Shown piece by piece: positions 26,590 to 40,364 of a DNA stretch of 64,000 bases; positions within the stretch are counted from its first letter, which is position 1, and each line of letters begins with the position of its first letter. Both the position numbers and the translations under genes were made by a program. The notes under the pieces were generated by a model. The model had not been told where the DNA came from and searched no databases. It was given only the letters and a program-made list of their open reading frames with translations. The DNA comes from Macrostomum lignano (Eukaryota), in assembly GCA_002269645.1 (NCBI GenBank), contig NIVC01000261.1:62001-126000 (forward strand), in the 5' to 3' direction.

Positions 26590-28805
26590 ATTGGGATTTG
26601 GGAGATGCTGATTGGGATTTGGGAGATACTGATCGGGATTTGGGAGATGCTGATCGGGATTTGGGAGATGCTGATTGGGATTTGGGAGATGCTGATTGGG
26701 ATTTGGGAGATGCTGATTGGGATTTTAAAGATGCTGATTGGGATTTGGGAGATGCTGATTGGGATTTGGGAGATGCTGATTGGGATTTGGGAGATGCTGA
26801 TTGGGATTTGGGAGATGCTGATCGGGATTTGGGAGATGCTGATTGGGATTTGGGAGATGCTGATTGGGATTTGGGAGATGCTGATCGGGATTTGGGAGAT
26901 GCTGATTGGGATTTGGGAGATGCTGATTGGGATTTGGGAGATACTGATTGGGATTTTAAAGATGCTGATTGGGATTTGGGAGATGCTGATTGGGATTTGG
27001 GAGATGCTGATTGGGATTTGGGAGATGCTGATTGGGATTTGGGAGATGCTGATTGGGATTTGGGAGATGCTGATTGGGATTTGGGAGATGCTGATCGGGA
27101 TTTGGGAGATGCTGATTGGGATTTGGGAGATGCTGATTGGGATTTGGGAGATGCTGATTGGGATTTGGGAGATGCTGATTGGGATTTGGGAGATTTGCTG
27201 ATTGGGATTTGGGAGATGCTGATTGGGATTTGGGAAATGCTGATTGGGATTTGGATGCTGATTGGGATTTGGGAGATGCTGATTGGGATTTGGGAGATGC
27301 TGATTGGGATTTGGGAGATGCTGATTGGGATTTGGGAGATGCTGATTGGGATTTGGGAGATGCTGATTGGGATTTGGGAGATGCTGATTGGGATTTGGGA
27401 GATGCTGATTGGGATTTGGGAGATGCTGATTGGGATTTGGGAGATGCTGATTGGGATTTGGGAGATGCTGATTGGGATTTGGGAGATGCTGATTGGGATT
27501 TGGGAGATGCTGATTGGGATTTGGGAGATGCTGATTGGGATTTGGGAGATGCTGATTGGGATTTGGGAGATGCTGATTGGGATTTGGGAGATGCTGATTG
27601 GGATTTGGGATGCTGATTGGGATTTGGGATGCTGATTGGGATTTGGGAGATGCTGATTGGGATTTGGGAGATGCTGATTGGGATTTGGGAGATGCTGATT
27701 GGGATTTGGGAGATGCTGATTGGGATTTGGGAGATGCTGATTGGGATTTGGGAGATGCTGATTGGGATTTGGGAAATGCTGATTGGGATTTGGATGCTGA
27801 TTGGGATTTGGGAGATGCTGATTGGGATTTGGGAGATGCTGATTGGGATTTGGGAGATGCTGATTGGGATTTGGGAGATGCTGATTGGGATTTGGGAGAT
27901 GCTGATTGGGATTTGGATGCTGATTGGGATTTGGGAGATGCTGATTGGGATTTGGGAGATGCTGATTGGGATTTGGGAGATGCTGATTGGGATTTGGGAG
28001 ATGCTGATTGGGATTTGGGAGATGCTGATCGGGATTTGGGAGATGCTGATTGGGATTTGGGAGATGCTGATTGGGATTTGGGAGATGCTGATTGGGATTT
28101 GGGAGATGCTGATTGGGATTTGGGAGATGCTGATTGGGATTTGGGAGATGCTGATTGGGATTTGGGAGATGCTGATTGGGATTTGGGAGATGCTGATTGG
28201 GATTTGGGAGATGCTGATTGGGATTTGGGAGATACTGATTGGGATTTGGGAGATGCTGATTGGGATTTGGAGATGCTGATTGGGATTTGGGAGATGCTGA
28301 TTGGGATTTGGAGATGCTGATTGGGATTTGGGAGATGCTGATTGGGATTTGGTAGATGCTGATTGGGATTTGGAAGATAATGATTGGGAATTAAGAGATG
28401 CTGATTGGGATTTGGGAGATGCTGATTGGGATTTGGGAGATGCTGATTGGGATTTGGGAGATGCTGATTGGGATTTGGGAGATGCTGATTGGGATTTGGG
28501 AGATGCTGATTAGGATTTGGGAGATGCTGATTGGGATTTGGGAGATGCTGATTGGGATTTGGGAGATGATGATTGGGATTTGGGAGATGCTGATTGGGAT
28601 TTGGGAGATGATGATTGGGATTTGGGAGATGCTGATTGGGATTTGGGAGATGATGATTGGGATTTGGGAGATGCTGATTGGGATTTGGGAGATGCTGATT
28701 GGGATTTTAAAGATGGATTGGGATTTGGAAGATAATGATTGGGAATTAAGAGATGCTGATTGGGATTTGGGAGATGCTGATTGGGATTTGGGAGATGCTG
28801 ATTCC
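26590..28805. repeat. 21-bp minisatellite (GATTGGGATTTGGGAGATGCT), ~100 copies
   Basis: Direct reading; source of DWDLGDA/MLIGIWE pseudo-ORFs. Confidence 0.97.
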
Positions 28806-28964
28806 CCTCTTCGTGTGGTCTCATTTTTGGTTGAAGCAGTGCTTGATGCAGAGCCCTGTAGTGTTCCTTTGTTTTCTGCGTGGTTACATTGGATATGAAT
28901 TTTATCAAAAGTTACGTTTTAATTGGAAACAAAGATCCTGTTTATTTCGATTTAGATGGCGCCA

Positions 28965-29745
28965 ATAACAAAGAGGGAATTTACAGCGGCTATAACAAAA
29001 CAGGGGGAATTAACAGCGGCTATAACAAAACAGGGGGAATTAACAGCGGCTATGACAAAACAGGGGGAATTAACAGCGGCTATAACAAAACTGGGGGAAT
29101 TAACAGCGGCTATAACAAAACAGAGGGAATTAACAGCGGCTATGACAAAACAGGGGGGAATTAACAGCGGCTATAACAAAACAGGGGGAATTAACAGCGG
29201 CTATGACAAAAAAAGAGGGAATTAACAGCGGCTGTAACAAAACAGGGGGAATTAACAGCGGCTATGACAAAAAGGGGGGAATTAACAGCGGCTATGACAA
29301 AAAAGAGGGAATTAACAGCGGCTATGACAAAAAAGAGGGAATTAACAGCGGCTATAACAAAAAAGAGGGAATTAACAGCGGCTGTAACAAAAAAGAGGGA
29401 ATTAACAGCGGCTGTAACAAAACAGGGGGAATTAACAGCGGCTATAACAAAACAGGGGGAATTAACAGCAGCTATAACAAAACAGGGGGAATTAACAGCG
29501 GCTATGACAAAACAGGAGGAATTAACAGCGGCTATAACAAAACAGGGGGAATTAACAGCGGCTATAACAAAACAGGGGGAATTAACAGCGGCTATAACAA
29601 AACAGGGGGAATTAACAGCGGCTATAACAAAACAGGGGGAATTAACAGCGGCTATGACAAAAAAAGAGGGAATTAACAGCGGCTATAACAAAACAGGGGG
29701 AATTAACAGCGGCTATAACAAAACAGGGGGAATTAACAGCGGCTA
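28965..29745. repeat. 30-bp minisatellite (TTAACAGCGGCTATAACAAAACAGGGGGAA)
   Basis: About 25 copies. Confidence 0.95.
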
Positions 29746-29765
29746 CATTAATGATCAAACAACAG

Positions 29766-30646
29766 TCATGGGTTTGTCTTTTCTACTTTTTCTCCGAGTA
29801 GGTTCTGGCCCTGTGTTGTTTGCGGGTTTTGCCGTACGAACAGCAGAGTAGCAAACTGCTCGTTTCGTTTCAGTGGAGAATTTACGTCATTTGCGTTAAA
29901 TTGGTGCCGATATCCTCGACGCAGCATTTCGCCAACAAATTCTTTGTCGGCACCGAGACACTCGTAGCCGTTGTCTACCGCTGCAGCCTGCGGATTGCCG
30001 TACCTTGTGACCCATTTTAAGGGATTGTTATTTGGTAGAGTTGGGTCAACGCACAGCCCAATGAGCAGCAGCTCGCCAGGGTTTTGAACATTTGCCGCGG
30101 CTGCCATTATGTCCCTTATAAAATGCTCCTGGTCTTGCTGATTCTGCGGATATCCATATCCCATCGCCCAGGGACACTGGAACCACAGGACGATGTGATC
30201 TGGATTCACATCGTGATCCAGCCAATTTAAGAACGCTTCTCTGTCTTCCAGATGGGGGGGCCGAGGGCCTCAAACGTGGGAGGTCCGTCAGGGAGCCGCC
30301 TTATTATCTCGAGACGCAGTCGCCTGGGCCAGACGTCTCTGATTTCTTGATCTTCTTGAACCGTAATGTCAGTAGAAAATATCCCCGACGGCGAGCCGCG
30401 CAGTGCTGCAAACGCGCTGCTAAACGTAAAATTTCCCTCTCCGTCTCCAAGGAACACGTAGCATGTGCTGGGCTGCGGCGGTGGAACTAAACGCAGTCTG
30501 ATGCGACGGTACTCGACTTCATTGATAGTTATGATTTGATCTCGCAATTCATCCCATCCAAGCTCTCCGACGGGCTCGTCTTGAATATTCACGGCAGCCA
30601 GCTGTTCTGCAACGGCTTCCACGTCAGGCTCTCCGCGGTCTGCCAT
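29766..30646 (-). CDS. DUF2431/BMT5-like Rossmann methyltransferase-like protein (~290 aa), split by a 1-nt frameshift at the G7 run 30254-30260
   Basis: VFLGDGEGNFTFSSAFA resembles the DUF2431 LLVGEGNFSFS motif; later IVLWFQCPW and GYRH resemble its FNFPH and GY.H motifs. ORFs 30227-30646 and 29766-30209 join in frame if one base is added. Acceptor at 30655-30656 upstream of the ATG. Confidence 0.55.
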
Positions 30647-31369
30647 CTTGTATCCTGGTAAAAAGGAAATAATAGCATTATTAGTGCTGTCCTAAAACTC
30701 AGTTACTAAAACTAAACATATATAGATATATAGTTTATACAGAGCTCGCATTATAAATTCCCATCAGACCAGCAGCAGTTTTCTATTTAGCAACCCAGAG
30801 TTTTTAGTGTATTTCCACTTACCTGTTGTCAAGAATGATAGACAGTATGCTTAAAGGCTTAAAAATATGCTTATAGATCAAGTGTTAGGCTGTCACATCT
30901 TTTGGCTTCGGCCTAAGTGTATTTATAAGCTTAGGCCGAAGCTTAGGCCGCTAATAGCGCTCGCGCTGCCCTCGAGCCTACTTTTACGCTCGTAAATGCA
31001 CCATACAGCAATTGCTGCTTTCCCTAGCTGCAGCTCCTTAGGTTTTATACTACAATCAGTTTTAAGAAAGTGCATTTAAAAATAATTACATATCTTAGAA
31101 CTGAATCGCTCCCTATACTTTTACTTTTACTACTAGAAGAAAGGAAACTCGTTTATTTAAAAAAGAAAAACAAATTCTCCTCAAAAATGTATCAATCAGA
31201 TGCGGCCCCTGATTTTCACGATTGGTTGGATTATTTGAATCCTGAGTATTTCCAACACAAGGCACTATATAACCATTTGATGATTCGTAAAACAATGCCA
31301 AAAGACTACTAGAAGAAAGAAACAGGAAAGATCAAGCCCTAAAGAAATAAAATTTCTCTGCAGAAAGGG

Positions 31370-32020
31370 GAGGGAGGGAGAAGGATGGGAGGGAGAAGGA
31401 TGGGAGGGAGAAGGATGGGAGGGAGAAGGATGGGAGGGAGAAGGATGGGAGGGAGAAAGATGGGAGGGAGAAGGATGGGAGGGAGAAAGATGGGAGGGAG
31501 AAAGATGGGAGGGAGAAAGATGGGAGGGAGAAGGATGGGAGGGAGAAGGATGGGAGGAAGGATGTCCTAAAAGGTCTCCCTCCCAGATGGATGGGAGGGA
31601 GAAAGATGGGAGGGAGAAGGATGGGAGGGAGAAGGATGGGAGGGAGAAGAATGGGAGGGAGAAGGATGGGAGGGAGAAGGATGGGAGGGAGAAAAATGGG
31701 AGGGAGAAGGATGGGAGGGAGAAGGATGGGAGGGAGAAGGATGGGAGGGAGAAGGATGGGAGGGAGAAGGATGGGAGGGAGAAGGATGGGAGGGAGAAAT
31801 ATGGGAGAGAGAAATATGGGAGGGAGAAAGATAAGAGGGAGAAATATGGTAGGGAGAAATATGGGAGGGAGAAATATGGGAGGGAGAAAGATGGGAGGGA
31901 GAAAGATGGGAGGGAGGGAGAAGGAGGGAAGAGGGAGAAGGGAAGGGGAGAAAGGGGAGAGAGGGAGAAGGAGAGGAGAAAAAGGAAGGGAGAAAGGGGA
32001 GGGAGAGAGGAGGGAGGTGC
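31370..32020. repeat. 15-bp purine-rich minisatellite (GGGAGGGAGAAGGAT)
   Basis: Direct reading. Confidence 0.9.
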
Positions 32021-32114
32021 AGTGTGGTGGCTGAAATGCATTTTTGAGGCTTTAAATTTTTAAAACGATTTTTGAAGACTTTTTGAATTTTACCTGTGAT
32101 CTATGGCTGTTGTT

Positions 32115-32430
32115 AGAGCGGCTGATGTCAGTCACGGCTGTTGTCAGAGCGGCAGATGTCAGTCACGGCTGTTGTCAGAGCGGCAGATGTCAGTCACGGC
32201 TGTTGTCAGAGCGGCAGATGTCAGTCACGGCTGTTGTCAGAGCGGCAGATGTCGGTCACGGCTGTTGTCAGAGCGGCAGATGTCGGTCACGGCTGTTGTC
32301 AGAGTGGCAGATGTCAGTCACGGCTGCTATCAGAGTGGCAGATGTGAGTCACGGCTGCTATCAGAGTGGCAGATGTGAGTCACGGCTGCTATCAGAGTGG
32401 CAGATGTCAGTCACGGCTGCTGTCAGAGTG
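32115..32430. repeat. 31-bp minisatellite (AGCGGCAGATGTCAGTCACGGCTGTTGTCAG)
   Basis: About 10 copies. Confidence 0.9.
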
Positions 32431-32674
32431 GTGGGTGATTTTAAGGTTTGTGCAGCCGGTTGCCAGAAAGATTTTATCGTCTCTGAGTGCAGTCTGAGAT
32501 CTTTAAATGCATTAAATGGCCTACTGAGAGATGAAATATGCTGCTCAGTCATAGCTGCATTGTTAAACTTGCTCAGTTTACTCTCACTCTGCCCTTGAAG
32601 ATCATTGGTTGCCTAGCAACAGAGCTCTGGCTCTCTCCCGGCTCTCCGATGCTTTCAACTGTTCCTCTCGTGTT

Positions 32675-35335
32675 CGTCACCATCCCTACAGTCACCATCC
32701 CTACAGTCACCATCCCTGCAGTCACCATCCCTACAGTCACCATCCCTGCAGTCACCATCCCTACAGTCACCATCCCTGCAGTCACCATCCCTACAGTCAC
32801 CATCCCTGCAGTCACCATCCCTACAGTCACCATCCCTGCAGTCACCATCCCTACAGTCACCATCCCTGCAGTCACCATCCCTACAGTCACCATCCCTACA
32901 GTCACCATCCCTGCAGTCACCATCCCTACAGTCACCATCCCTACAGTCACCATCCCTACAGTCACCATCCCTGCAGTCACCATCCCTACAGTCACCATCC
33001 CTACAGTCACCATCCCTACAGTCACCATCCCTACAGTCACCATCCCTGCAGTCACCATCCCTACAGTCACCATCCCTGCAGTCACCATCCCTACAGTCAC
33101 CATCCCTACAGTCACCATCCCTGCAGTCACCATCCCTACAGTCACCATCCCTGCAGTCACCATCCCTACAGTCACCATCCCTACAGTCACCATCCCTACA
33201 GTCACCATCCCTACAGTCACCATCCCTACAGTCACCATCCCTACAGTCACCATCCCTGCAGTCACCATCCCTACAGTCACCATCCCTACAGTCACCATCC
33301 CTGCAGTCACCATCCCTACAGTCACCATCCCTACAGTCACCATCCCTGCAGTCACCATCCCTACAGTCACCATCCCTACAGTCACCATCCCTGCAGTCAC
33401 CATCCCTACAGTCACCATCCCTACAGTCACCATCCCTACAGTCACCATCCCTACAGTCACCATCCCTACAGTCACCATCCCTACAGTCACCATCCCTGCA
33501 GTCACCATCCCTACAGTCACCATCCCTACAGTCACCATCCCTACAGTCACCATCCCTGCAGTCACCATCCCTACAGTCACCATCCCTGCAGTCACCATCC
33601 CTACAGTCACCATCCCTGCAGTCACCATCCCTACAGTCACCATCCCTACAGTCACCATCCCTACAGTCACCATCCCTACAGTCACCATCCCTACAGTCAC
33701 CATCCCTACAGTCACCATCCCTGCAGTCACCATCCCTGCAGTCACCATCCCTACAGTCACCATCCCTGCAGTCACCATCCCTACAGTCACCATCCCTACA
33801 GTCACCATCCCTGCAGTCACCATCCCTACAGTCACCATCCCTACAGTCACCATCCCTGCAGTCACCATCCCTACAGTCACCATCCCTACAGTCACCATCC
33901 CTACAGTCACCATCCCTGCAGTCACCTTCCCTACAGTCACCATCCCTGCAGTCACCATCCCTACAGTCACCATCCCTACAGTCACCATCCCTACAGTCAC
34001 CATCCCTACAGTCACCATCCCTACAGTCACCATCCCTGCAGTCACCATCCCTACAGTCACCATCCCTACAGTCACCATCCCTACAGTCACCATCCCTACA
34101 GTCACCATCCCTACAGTCACCATCCCTACAGTCACCATCCCTACAGTCACCATCCCTGCAGTCACCATCCCTACAGTCACCATCCCTACAGTCACCATCC
34201 CTACAGTCACCATCCCTGCAGTCACCATCCCTACAGTCACCATCCCTGCAGTCACCATCCCTACAGTCACCATCCCTGCAGTCACCATCCCTACAGTCAC
34301 CATCCCTACAGTCACCATCCCTACAGTCACCATCCCTACAGTCACCATCCCTACAGTCACCATCCCTACAGTCACCATCCCTACAGTCACCATCCCTGCA
34401 GTCACCATCCCTGCAGTCACCATCCCTACAGTCACCATCCCTGCAGTCACCATCCCTACAGTCACCATCCCTACAGTCACCATCCCTGCAGTCACCATCC
34501 CTACAGTCACCATCCCTGCAGTCACCATCCCTACAGTCACCATCCCTACAGTCACCATCCCTGCAGTCACCATCCCTACAGTCACCATCCCTACAGTCAC
34601 CATCCCTACAGTCACCATCCCTGCAGTCACCATCCCTACAGTCACCATCCCTGCAGTCACCATCCCTACAGTCACCATCCCTGCAGTCACCATCCCTACA
34701 GTCACCATCCCTGCAGTCACCATCCCTACAGTCACCATCCCTACAGTCACCATCCCTACAGTCACCATCCCTGCAGTCACCATCCCTACAGTCACCATCC
34801 CTACAGTCACCATCCCTGCAGTCACCATCCCTACAGTCACCATCCCTACAGTCACCATCCCTACAGTCACCATCCCTACAGTCACCATCCCTACAGTCAC
34901 CATCCCTCCAGTCACCATCCCTACAGTCACCATCCCTCCAGTCACCATCCCTACAGTCACCATCCCTACAGTCACCATCCCTCCAGTCACCATCCCTACA
35001 GTCACCATCCCTGCAGTCACCATCCCTCCAGTCACCATCCCTCCAGTCACCATCCCTCCAGTCACCATCCCTACAGTCACCATCCCTACAGTCACCATCC
35101 CTCCAGTCACCATCCCTACAGTCACCATCCCTACAGTCACCATCCCTACAGTCACCATCCCTGCAGTCACCATCCCTACAGTCACCATCCCTACAGTCAC
35201 CATCCCTACAGTCACCATCCCTACAGTCACCATCCCTGCAGTCACCATCCCTACAGTCACCATCCCTACAGTCACCATCCCTACAGTCACCATCCCTACA
35301 GTCACCATCCCTACAGTCATCATCCCAACTGTCCC
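32675..35335. repeat. 15-bp minisatellite (CAGTCACCATCCCT[A/G/C]), ~175 copies
   Basis: Direct reading; stop-free in several frames, giving ~900-aa artefact ORFs. Confidence 0.97.
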
Positions 35336-35983
35336 CAGAGTGACAGGGGTGACAGGGGTGACAGGGGTGACAGGGGTGACAGGGGTTCTTCTCTTTCCAA
35401 CCTATCCGCCTCCCTGACATGAAATCTCATCAACAAAGACCAGAAACGTTGTCTATTTAGTAGCCGCATGGACAGAATTTGAGCAAAGACAAAATATACC
35501 CGATAAAGTGCGTGAGGGCTCATTATCGGGCTTCAGTGTGACAAGATGTCTCACTAGCCAGCTACAGACTTCGCAAAAAGAAAATTTAAAATGCACCTAA
35601 CCAAGGGTATATATCGCACTGATCGCAAACTGAAAAAATTATGACTATTGAGAAATATTGCAGCACGGGTCGAAAAACATACTGAACCAGATATGCGCAC
35701 GATATGACACAAGTAGTAGTAGTAGGACCTATGTGCATTCTGCCGCAAGAATTTCCGTGGAAAAGCTATTGGCGCCTGTGTTTGCATGGGAGAACTCGGC
35801 CGCAGGGAAAGCCAGGGAAATAGCGTGAGGCTTAATGAGAGAACCACAGCCGCTGTTGTTTTGATGCGTGGCATGGACTCTGTACATTGTATTACATTGT
35901 AGTACATTGTATTGAGCCGGTCATAAACCGTAGGTTTTAATAAGAATTGTAAATAGTCACTTTCACTTTATTTGCCTCTCATC

Positions 35984-37923
35984 TCAGCAAGAGTTCTCTA
36001 AGCATTTGTATCGCTCGTAGGCTCGTAGAAATACAGTGGAGCTGGTCAGGAGACGTGCCTGACTTGCTTCAATGCGTGGACTCTGCCACGCATTGTCTGC
36101 ATTGTCAGAGAAATGCCTGCTAAAGAATACAGTGCCATTGGGCCCGCTGGGATAACAGAGGTATCCTGGCACTGAGGGAAACTCATTGACCACACAAACT
36201 CCTGCTGTGGTCAGTAGGGGCACCAGTGATCACAGTGCTCAGGTCCCAGCCCAGAGTGACAGATCGCAGTGCTCAGGTTTCAGCCCAGAGTGACAGATCA
36301 CAGTGCTCAGGTCCCAGCCCAGAGTGACAGATCACAGTGCTCAGGTTTCAGCCCAGAGTGACAGATCACAGTGCTCAGGTCCCAGCCCAGAGTGACAGAT
36401 CACAGTGCTCAGGTTTCAGCCCAGAGTGACAGATCACAGTGCTCAGGTCCCAGCCCAGAGTGACAGATCACAGTGCTCAGGTTTCAGCCCAGAGTGACAG
36501 ATCGCAGTGCTCAGGTCCCAGCCCAGAGTGACAGATCACAGTGCTCAGGTCCCAGCCCAGAGTGACAGATCACAGTGCTCAGGTCCCAGCCCAGAGTGAC
36601 AGATCACAGTGCTCAGGTTTCAGCCCAGAGTGACAGATCACAGTGCTCAGGTTTCAGCCCAGAGTGACAGATCACAGTGCTCAGGTTTCAGCCCAGAGTG
36701 ACAGATCACAGTGCTCAGGTTTCAGCCCAGAGTGACAGATCGCAGTGCTCAGGTTTCAGCCCAGAGTGACAGATCACAGTGCTCAGGTTTCAGCCCAGAG
36801 TGACAGATCGCAGTGCTCAGCTCCCAGCCCAGAGTGACAGATCGCAGTGCTCAGGTTTCAGCCCAGAGTGACAGATCGCAGTGCTCAGGTTTCAGCCCAG
36901 AGTGACAGATCGCAGTGCTCAGGTTTCAGCCCAGAGTGACAGATCGCAGTGCTCAGGTTTCAGCCCAGAGTGACAGATCGCAGTGCTCAGGTCCCAGCCC
37001 AGAGTGACAGATCGCAGTGCTCAGGTTTCAGCCCAGAGTGACAGATCACAGTGCTCAGGTCCTAGCCCAGAGTGACAGATCACAGTGCTCAGGTCCCAGC
37101 CAAGAGTGACAGATCGCAGTGCTCAGGTTTCAGCCCAGAGTGACAGATCACAGTGCTCAGGTTTCAGCCCAGAGTGACAGATCACAGTGCTCAGGTTTCA
37201 GCCCAGAGTGACAGATCGCAGTGCTCAGGTCCCAGCCCAGAGTGACAGATTGCAGTGCTCAGGTTTCAGCCCAGAGTGACAGATCACAGTGCTCAGGTTT
37301 CAGCCCAGAGTGACAGATCACAGTGCTCAGGTTTCAGCCCAGAGTGACAGATCACAGTGCTCAGGTTTCAGCCCAGAGTGACAGATCACAGTGCTCAGGT
37401 TTCAGCCCAGAGTGACAGATCACAGTGCTCAGGTCCTAGCCCAGAGTGACAGATCACAGTGCTCAGGTTTCAGCCCAGAGTGACAGATCGCAGTTCAACT
37501 CAAACTCGAGGAAAAAGAGGGGGAGAAAGAGGAAGAGGCGAGGGAAAAGTCTGTGAATTCAGAGTAAAGGATTTGGCCAGTGAGCAATCGCAAGCCTAAT
37601 TGACAGCTCACTCCAACGCCAGCCCAGCAGACTGAAGCAGGGCAGAGCAGGACTCACCGATGGCCAGTTATGAATTCGCCAGTCTGCTGATGGAGCGGCA
37701 GGCAGAGATTCGTAGGGCGCAGAGAAGGCGGAACTCGCAAAAGCAGACTCTGCAGCAAGCAGACACGGTACTTGAGATATAGTGCTGTCTTAAAACTCAG
37801 TTACTCAAAACTAAATGTATACAGATTATAATTTATGCACAGAGCTCGCATTATAAATTCCCATCAGACCAGCAGCAGTTCTCTATTTAGCAACCCTGAG
37901 CATTTAGAGCATTTCCACTTACC
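35984..37923 (-). other. Putative small spliced gene of unknown function (donor 37922; exon ~37749-37659; last exon ~36205-35984)
   Basis: CAG|GTAAGT donor, TTGCTGCAG acceptor, CG|GTGAGT donor, CTGACCACAG acceptor and AATAAA after the stop. No recognisable protein motif. Confidence 0.3.
36235..37495. repeat. 34-bp minisatellite (CAGTGCTCAGGTTTCAGCCCAGAGTGACAGATCA), ~37 copies
   Basis: Direct reading. Confidence 0.95.
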
Positions 37924-38454
37924 TGTTGCCAAGAACGATCGACAGTGCTTGAATAGGACTTACAAAACGCTTAAATTTCACCCGAACAGTTTTAGCATAA
38001 GGCTTCGGTGGAGAGAGATGAGAAATCCGTTTGGTTCCAGGCAATTAATACCCTACTAAGCTCGCACATGTTGGGGTATGCGGCCCTTTCACGGCCAGTC
38101 TGTCCGGCAAATCGTGCGGGTGCGTGTTGCCACCCCAGCTATTGAGGGGGGGGGGGCTGACAGCTTGGCTCTTTACTCCCCTCTCATCTCTCTCCTGTTG
38201 CAGGCTGAAACACGGCGCTAACTCTACTTTCCATCTCTAAAAAGGAAACATTAAAAAGACACGAGCGTACATGAGCGTTCTCGATTAGTCAAGCTTTTTT
38301 AAGGGACTCACCACGGAAAAGCCATGGGCAAGCCTTTAAAAATTCTGTACATTTCCTTTGACTTATTGCTTGCTCTAGATTCTCTACATTGCTTATCAAG
38401 AATTTTAGTATTCCTTCTACCCTGTCAGCTGTTTACAAAATATTTACGAAGGAT

Positions 38455-38920
38455 AGGTGGAGATGGAGAGGTGAGACTGAGAGAGGAGGTGGAGATGGAG
38501 AGGTGAGACTGAGAGAGGAGGTGGAAATGGAGAGGTGAGACTGAGAGAGGAGGTGGAGATAGAGAGGTGAGACTGAGAGAGGAGGTGGAGATGGAGAGGT
38601 GAGACTGAGAGAGGAGGTGGAGATGGAGATGTGAGACTGAGAGAGGAGGTGGAGATGGAGAGGTGAGACTGAGAGAGGAGATGGAAATGGAGAGGTGAGA
38701 CTGAGAGAGGAGATGGAGATGGAGAGGTGAGACTGAGAGGGGAGGTGGAAATGGAGAGGTGAGACTGAGAGGGGAGGTGGAAATGGAGAGGTGAGACTGA
38801 GAGAGGAGATGGAAATGGAGAGGTGAGACTGAGAGAGGAGATGGAAATGGAGAGGTGAGACTGAGAGGGGAAGTAGAAATGAAGAGGTGAGATGAGAGGA
38901 GAGGTGCAGATGGAGAATTG
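38455..38920. repeat. GA-rich ~30-bp minisatellite (GAGATGGAGAGGTGAGACTGAGAGAGGAGGTG)
   Basis: Direct reading; related array at 40365-40705. Confidence 0.9.
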
Positions 38921-40364
38921 AGACTGAGATTGACTCAGATTTGCATGCATACGAAAGTGCATCCACATTATGCAGTTAGAACGGTCCATGTTTGGAGTCC
39001 CCAATCAACGTACAATATTAAAATACATCGCACGCCAAACTCTCGAAAACCATACGGACGGTGGGGTTAGCGCGATGAAAGAGTTGCTGCGACAGGGGCT
39101 GTCTAGACAAGTTCCAGCATGATGGCAGTGGTAGACAGTTGTCTACTAGGTAGATAATCGCTGCGGGAGGAATGCGGCAGCTGCATTAAACAGAGCTGGC
39201 CAGGGCTGAGCTGAGAGTTGCTGGCTGCGGCAGGGTGCGATCTAGACAAGTTCGAACAGGCCGGGCGGAGTTGCTGCGTGGGCAACATGCTAGGGCCTGG
39301 GTAGGCTGTTGGAGGGGTCTAAGGAATTGACAGATTCTTCTGGTTTTTTTCTCCGTTTGTGTTTTTTTCAGACTCGTTTGTCCCGCCTACCCAACCGGAA
39401 TCTGTAACTGGACCCGGTGAGTTATCTAGCCCCCATTACCCAGACAGACCCGGGGGCGCTTCATAAGATCTATATTTCACAACGCCTAAAGCACATGACT
39501 TCACATCACCTGAATTTCATATCACCTAAATTTCACAACGCCTAAAACTGAATTTAAAGGAGAGAAGCAAAGATTTTAGGCGTTGTGAAATTTAGGTTTT
39601 TTGAAAAGCGTCCCCCTCTAAGGGGGACTAATGTTTGACTGGAATTCCTCTTTGTGCTCTGTTACTTCTCTCTGCCTGCAATGTACTTTTTAGCCTTCTA
39701 ATGGGGGTAACCTAGAGGATTAGAATCCCAATTTGTCACCCTCTACCCTTGACGTCTCGATAGCGCAATTGAATTAGTGTCATTAATTCCTCGCGACTGA
39801 GTTCAATGTTTCGATATAATATACTAAAGTTGGTTTGCATTATACTCAAATATGTATCATATTGTACCTAATTTTATCAATTTACGCCTTACATTATTTG
39901 CATCTACAGTGTATGTCTTATGCCTACATCTATATACGGCTGCATTATTTCTGAAATTATTACTTGAATCTACAATATTATGCGCCTACTACACTAATAA
40001 AGCGATACGTATCGAAATTATGCTTTGTAAGAGTATTATGTCTTTATATGTTTCGTATTATGCATTATGCACCGATATGTACTTTGCCTACCGATATGTT
40101 TAATATGCGTCAATATGTTTGTACAGCCTACAATGTGTGTGTTGTCTACATTTTGTGTAAATATACGTAATTTAACCTACTATAAGTAGTTTTCACTAGT
40201 CTACTTTGTTAATAACTAAAAAATCGATAACTTATTGAAAAAATCAATTAGTACATATCGGGGCGCCTGTGGCATACATATCGGGGCGCCTGTGGCATAC
40301 ATATCGGGGCGCCTGAACACCCACCCCACCTCTAAAAACCGCCGTTACGGGGCCCTTAGTAGTG

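Noticed and set aside
26562-29851. Asp/Trp-rich and GINSGYNKT repeat ORFs
   Set aside because: Translations of 21-bp and 30-bp satellites, open in several frames
30800-30870. Spliced-leader RNA gene (duplicated exon with GTAAGT donor)
   Set aside because: The exon does not end in AUG as flatworm leaders do, I saw no Sm site, and a cis acceptor lies ~170 nt away
30903-30945. Hairpin CTTCGGCCTAAG-N12-CTTAGGCCGAAG
   Set aside because: Real inverted repeat, but no element boundaries or partner found to give it meaning
32538-35422. 900+ aa ORFs in four frames (VTIPT, SHHPY, MVTVG, RDGDC repeats)
   Set aside because: By-products of a stop-free 15-bp minisatellite; open on both strands, with no unique domain
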